From Leucoraja erinacea (taxonomy: Eukaryota): a stretch of 64,000 bases of DNA. The notes under the pieces were generated by a model, which saw only the letters and a program-made list of their open reading frames with translations, made no database searches and was not told the origin of the DNA. Within the stretch, counting starts at the first letter, position 1. Each line of letters begins with the position of its first letter. Position numbers and translations under genes: made by a program. The stretch covers positions 558,001 to 622,000 of the forward strand of contig NC_073410.1 of the NCBI RefSeq assembly GCF_028641065.1, written 5' to 3'. This document shows positions 58,591 to 64,000 of the stretch, piece by piece.

Positions 58591-61500
58591 ATTGGATTAG
58601 AGACCTTTGAACTGTCTCTAATCGGACTTTATCGAACTTTATCTTGCATGAAACATTGTACCCTTTGTCCTCTATCTGTGCACTGTTGAAGGCTTGCTTG
58701 TAAACATGTATAATTTCTTCCTTGACTGGTTATCACCTATCAAAAGCTTTTCACTGGGCTTTGTACAAGTGACCATAATAAACCAAACTAAGAGATGACT
58801 TTAACCTGGCATTATGTTTGGCACTGACACTGTGGGCCAAAGGAACTATTTCTAAACTGTTGTGTTATGTTATTGTGCCATGAAAGTGAACGTGTTTAAG
58901 TTAACTAATCTCTTTAAAATCTCGACTGATCAGAATTAAATGATCACAGTTTGAGGTTTGACACAATTTAGTCAGTCTTGTGATGAAAGTGAGGGGGATT
59001 AGAATGTACACACATGTTCAGTGTATTGTTTCAAACCGTGAAACAATTTAACATTGTTCCTCATTCATAACCACGAATTATAATTTCTTTGGTAAATTAA
59101 ATTCAAAAATTTACAGACGCTTGTAATCTAAAATACAAATAGAAAATGTTCAAAATACTCAGGGCAGGCAGCGACTGGAGAGAAAAAACACAGTTAACAT
59201 TTTAGATGACAGATCATTTCACCAATTTTCACCTTTGACCTGAAACATTGACTCTGTTTCTCTCTCCACAGGTTCTATCTGACCTGCCGAGTCTTTGCAC
59301 CATTTTCCGTTCTTTAATACCGCTTTTCGCTAGTTTTATTAAATGAGAATATTTAGGAAAACAATCTTCAAAATGTACATAAAATCGGAACGCATTTATT
59401 GAGCCAAAGGGTTTTGCCTGGCTGTTCATCAAACTCTACTGAGGACTGTAATTATTCCAAGGCTTTACTGGTGACATGGAAAAAAAATCCGCCCCTCCCG
59501 CGACCACAGCTCGGAGTATTTCTAATGCTGATGAGAAATATTCAAAATAACAACCTCTGAATCGCCTGCCAACTTCAAATTATTATAAAGCTTCCAGATG
59601 TCCTTTCAAAACAATTGCTCCATAAATGCAGACTTCTGTAGAACCTTAGCCTATTATAAACAATAAGTACAGGCTGTAAAAAGAGCAGTTGGTTCCATTT
59701 GAGTGATTACCATTAATTGAATGGAAGTAACCACTTGCCAGCCTTAAACAAAATAATCAGAATTACACATTAAATATAAAACCACTTCAACAAACAATAT
59801 CAGTGGGATTATTTGGGCGTTAATAAGTTGCAATGGTTGTGTATGTCACATTTCAAAGGTTACAGATAATATTGGATAACTGATAAAAGCAGAAGAACAC
59901 TTTGAGATGTAGGGAGGTCAGTAGATGATGTGAATGTGGGCTGGAACTATGTGTATATGTACAGAGGTGCCAAAGGAAAGCTGGCATCTTTTGTACATCA
60001 CACGGTACATTTAGGTTTATCATGTCTACCGAGGTACAATGAAACATTTTGTTTTGCATGCGGTCGAATCAATTCAGATAACATTATATATAATTACAGA
60101 CCATCCTCGCTATTACAGATTACGGTTACACTGGACATAGCTCCCACACTAATCAGACTCCACTGTCTCTCTGAGAACACAGGCTGATATAACGACACAG
60201 AAATAAGACCAGCTCGTGAATGAACCAGCCTGCACTGACCAGACCAGACACAGGCCATGACTAAAGGGCATCTCCTGATGCCCTAAAGATATCGACATAA
60301 AGTATAACGTCAGCCATTGTGGTTTTGACCCCCTTACTCTGGAGACAAATCATTCTGTTGTGTTTCACATGAAAGGTGAAGGACAGTTGTCTTTGAGCTC
60401 CATAGTTTCAACAATTATCTCTCAACTAAACGAATAAACTAAACTACAAATGTAACTAAACTAAACTAGACTAGACTAGACTAAAAACCTCTCACGTTTG
60501 GTGCTTCCCCCCTTGTGACAAAGTTGCCCTCCCCGTTATTCACTGCAGATGCTGTGTACCTTGTGTTATGACCCAGAATAGTGTTGCTGACATTAACAGC
60601 ATTCTGCACCATTCTCATTCCCTGTGAGGCTTTGGCTGCTCTCCGTCAGTTCACTCTCTCTTCCATTTCCATGGCAACTGCGAATTCCCCAGAGCTTTGT
60701 TCAATGTTACGTCTCCATGTCCCACTCTGCCAGTCCGTCATTCATCGCACATCCTCATTCCTTTTCTTTTTCTTCTCTGACCACACTGTTATTTTAACTG
60801 CGGTCTCTGCGGCTCATTTTATCCGTCCTACCTGTGATGAATAAATTGCTGTTAACCTCTGTGTGGCCTCACTCTCTCCACTTCCAGTTGGAACCATATT
60901 CGCATGACTTCATCCTCTTACTATGGTTTACCTCAAGAACACAATTACTCTCAGCTAATCTTGACAAATCTCAAGTCAATTTCATGCTACAAGTGCACAT
61001 GAAGCCAGATTCCTGTTGTCTGTGAATGTGGAATTTATGTGCAAGGCATGGTCCGGAGGGGTTTACTACTTGGTTGATTTTATTGGATTACCTTCCCCAA
61101 ACCCCTGCCTCCATTTTCCCATCTCGATGGAGAACTCCAGCAGACCATGTGGCCAGAAGCATCGACACATGCCGGCACGTCCCAACACTCACACTGTCAC
61201 TCACGGACAAATGGAGGAACAGAGAGATGGGGGGGCAAAAGAATCCAAAACTGGGACTTGAAGATCAAACGGTCACCAGAATGGAGATAGGCCTGTTTCT
61301 GGCCAAGATCCAACATTACAAACTAGGTTTACATTATCCCTTGTGTTTGCCCAGACCTATTCAAACATCAACCACAAAGCTAGTACAAGGGCCGGCCGCT
61401 TAAGTTATTGGCTGACACTAAAGAGATTTCCCAATGTAAGCTTGCCTCCATCCGTGGGGACCAAGTAAGAATTTAATGGAGAGAAAATTGAGGAAATACT

Positions 61501-61764
61501 TAAATAAAATGAATGAACTAGGGAGGAAAGTATTCTCCTAATTCCAATGGAAGGTGTAGATATATCACTTTGGTAATTTCACATTCCTTGCACTGTGGTC
61601 TCTAGTGAGTACTTATTCTACAATCTCATGTTACCCACTTATACTTTTATTCACTGGACTTAAATGCAAGAAATTGAGCCAACATTTTAGTTAAGCTTCT
61701 CAATCCAGATTAAAATGATTAAAAAAGAAAAGGAAATGAATTTAGATTAGATGCAAACATTTAA

Positions 61765-62640
61765 GATCTGCAGCAGGCTGTCCTTCATTGGGAATAGTAT
61801 TGAGTACCAAAGTCGGGACATCATGTTGCAGTTGTACAAGTCTTTCGTGAGACCACACTTGGAGAGTTTGTAGTTCTAGGTGCCCAGGTGCAGAAGAATG
61901 TCATAAAATTGGAAAGGGTGAAGAAGACGTTCACCAGGATGTTACCTGGGCTTGTGGGCTTGAGCTATAGACAATAGACGCAGGAGGAGGCCATTCGGCC
62001 CTTCGAGCCAGCACCACCATGGCTGATCATCCCCAGTTTAAATTCCATTTGGAATATTTTGGAGGACCAAGAATCAGTACCCCGTTCCTGCCTTCTCCCC
62101 ATATCCTCTGACTCCGCTATTTTTAAGAGCACTATCTAGCTCTCTCTTGAAAGCATCCAGAGAACTGCCTCCACCGCCCTCTGAGGCAGAGAATTCCACA
62201 GACTCACCATTCTCGGCAAAGAGGAAAGTCGGTTAAGCTACACATTTTTTCTTTGCAGTGTAGCAGGCTGCGTAGTGATTTTGTTTGAGGTGTGCAAGAT
62301 CATGAGGGGCATGGGTAAAGTGAATGCTCACAATCTTTTTCCCAGGTTAGAGGATTCAAATACTTGAGGACACAGGCTTAAAGCAAGAGGTGGGAGATTT
62401 AAGAGGGACCTCAGGGGCAACTTGTTCATGCAGGTTAACCTATATCTGGAACGAGCTGCCAGGGGAAGCGAAAGAAGCAGATACAATGATGATTTTTTAA
62501 CGTATTTGAACAGATATATGGATGGGACAAGTTTAGAGGGATATGGGCCAAATGCAGGCAAATAGGACGGGCCCAATATGTCAATTTGGACAGCATGGAC
62601 AAGTGGGCAGAAGGGTCTCTTCCTGTGCTGTGATTATATG
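61765..62640 (+). mobile_element. CR1 LINE 3' portion with a nested opposite-strand CR1 3' end (~61968-62212)
   Basis: gttgcagttgtacaagtctttcgtgagaccacacttggag...ttcaccaggatgttacctggg; nested ggaggaggccattcggcccttcgagcc...gaattccacagactcacc. Confidence 0.8.
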
Positions 62641-64000
62641 ACTATGCAATGATTATAATGACTATAACAGTCCAAAATACTATGAAATTAGAATGCAAAG
62701 AGCATTTGTACTAGAATTGAATATTGCAGTAAATCCTGGGCACTGGTACTTGGGAGAAGAATGTTCTCCTCAAGGGGAACAAGACAACCTGTGGTTACGT
62801 GAAGTTGTTGAACATCACACGAGGAAACATTATTGAAGCAGGAGTTTACCGTGATCCAAGGAGGGGTTCAAGGTGACTAAAACTGTAAGGACAGATGTTA
62901 ATTCAAGGACCACAGAAGGGTTCAAGTCTAAATGTAACCAATTAAAAGTATATTTTAGATGATGCATTGGGCAAGTATTGAGTCAAGTCAAGTTTATTTG
63001 TCACATACACATACGAGATGTGCAGTGAAATGAAAGTGGCAATGGTCGCGGAGATGGTTTGGTAAATTGCTGATGCTGGCAATAAGATTATTTTGAATGA
63101 AATCAGATGTGTTTTGAAGAGGGAAGTGAATGAGATCGATTCGCAGAGCACGGAAACAGGCCCTTCAGCCCAACATGGCAGCCTAGATGCCTATCTAAAC
63201 TAGTCCTGTTTGCACGCAATTGATCCATATCCCTCTAAACCTTTCCTATCCATGTACCCGTCCAAGTGTTTTTAGAGGGGGGGACGGGGGGGGGGGGGGG
63301 GGGGGGGGGGAGGGAGGGAGAGTGGGGGGGAGCAACAGACTGGTGTGAGGTGGAAAAGGAGGGGTCCCAGACGCCTAAGGATGTTGCAGACTACAAGACA
63401 GAAGTGTGAGCAGACACAGAGTGAGCAGACATCAGTCAGGGCTGCAGCTGCAGCTGACACTGTAATGTGACAACTGCAGAGAAAGCTGACAGAATGCATG
63501 TACGAAGCGAGTGCGGTTATTCTGCTGCTTTCATTTCATTTATGGCCAGAGTTAATAGCTTTAGTAGACAGCCTACATCTAACGTATGCTATATTTAGAT
63601 GCCCTGTGGTAATATCAACACTTCACATATCACTTGTGTGCCCATTACATACAGAGTGTCAGAAGGCAAAGTATGAAGCTGTAAATGATGGGAGATGTTA
63701 TCACATGAGGCATCAGGGCATCGTATCAGGCTGCGCTCTGTCATTTTAAAGGCTTTGCCCCGTTTATTTAAATGTGTTAATATGGCGTGAGTGGTGAGAG
63801 TGGAATTTGATTAAACAGAGGAGAAAGTGGCCAGCCAACAGTCTTTAACTGTAATTCTGAAGCGGGCTGTACCAGTATGCTTCAGAATTTATAGCCAAGA
63901 ATTGCCCTTGCTCCAAGATGAAGGGGAGTGGCAACTTAGTAGCACGGTGTGTGGGTGAACATGGATGTGGGGAAGACAGATATAGTCAGATAGACTGATA

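Noticed and set aside
1454-64000. Exons of a neighbouring gene (e.g. CALY/NSG family, expected by paralogous synteny)
   Set aside because: No matching peptide recognised in any frame; short exons could have been missed by eye.

Overview
Vertebrate genomic DNA, most likely from a cartilaginous fish (skate/ray-like V-SINE, CR1, Rex1 and Penelope repeat complement). The only host protein-coding sequence I can support is exon 1 of an Msx homeobox gene on the minus strand (1453->1096; Msx3/msxC-like, eh1 motif LPFSVESLI, phase-1 GTAAGT donor). The homeobox exon lies left of the window. The remaining ~62 kb is an upstream gene-desert-like region: a CpG-rich proximal domain, several repeat-free AT-rich blocks dense in homeodomain/TCF/Sox/Smad motifs (candidate enhancers), a CTCF-like site, minisatellites, and many retroelement fragments. 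The most striking signal is a family of short (~90-320 bp) non-coding elements, roughly 25-30 copies or fragments by eye. Many carry a minimal type-I hammerhead-ribozyme motif (CTGAAGA-A-GGGT[loop]RCCC-GAAACGTY). They occur as TSD-flanked monomers, as TSD-flanked head-to-head palindromes and as 66-bp tandem arrays, and a Penelope-like Cys-knuckle coding remnant lies in the same window. All family assignments are by eye or from memory; no database searches were run, and repeat boundaries are approximate.
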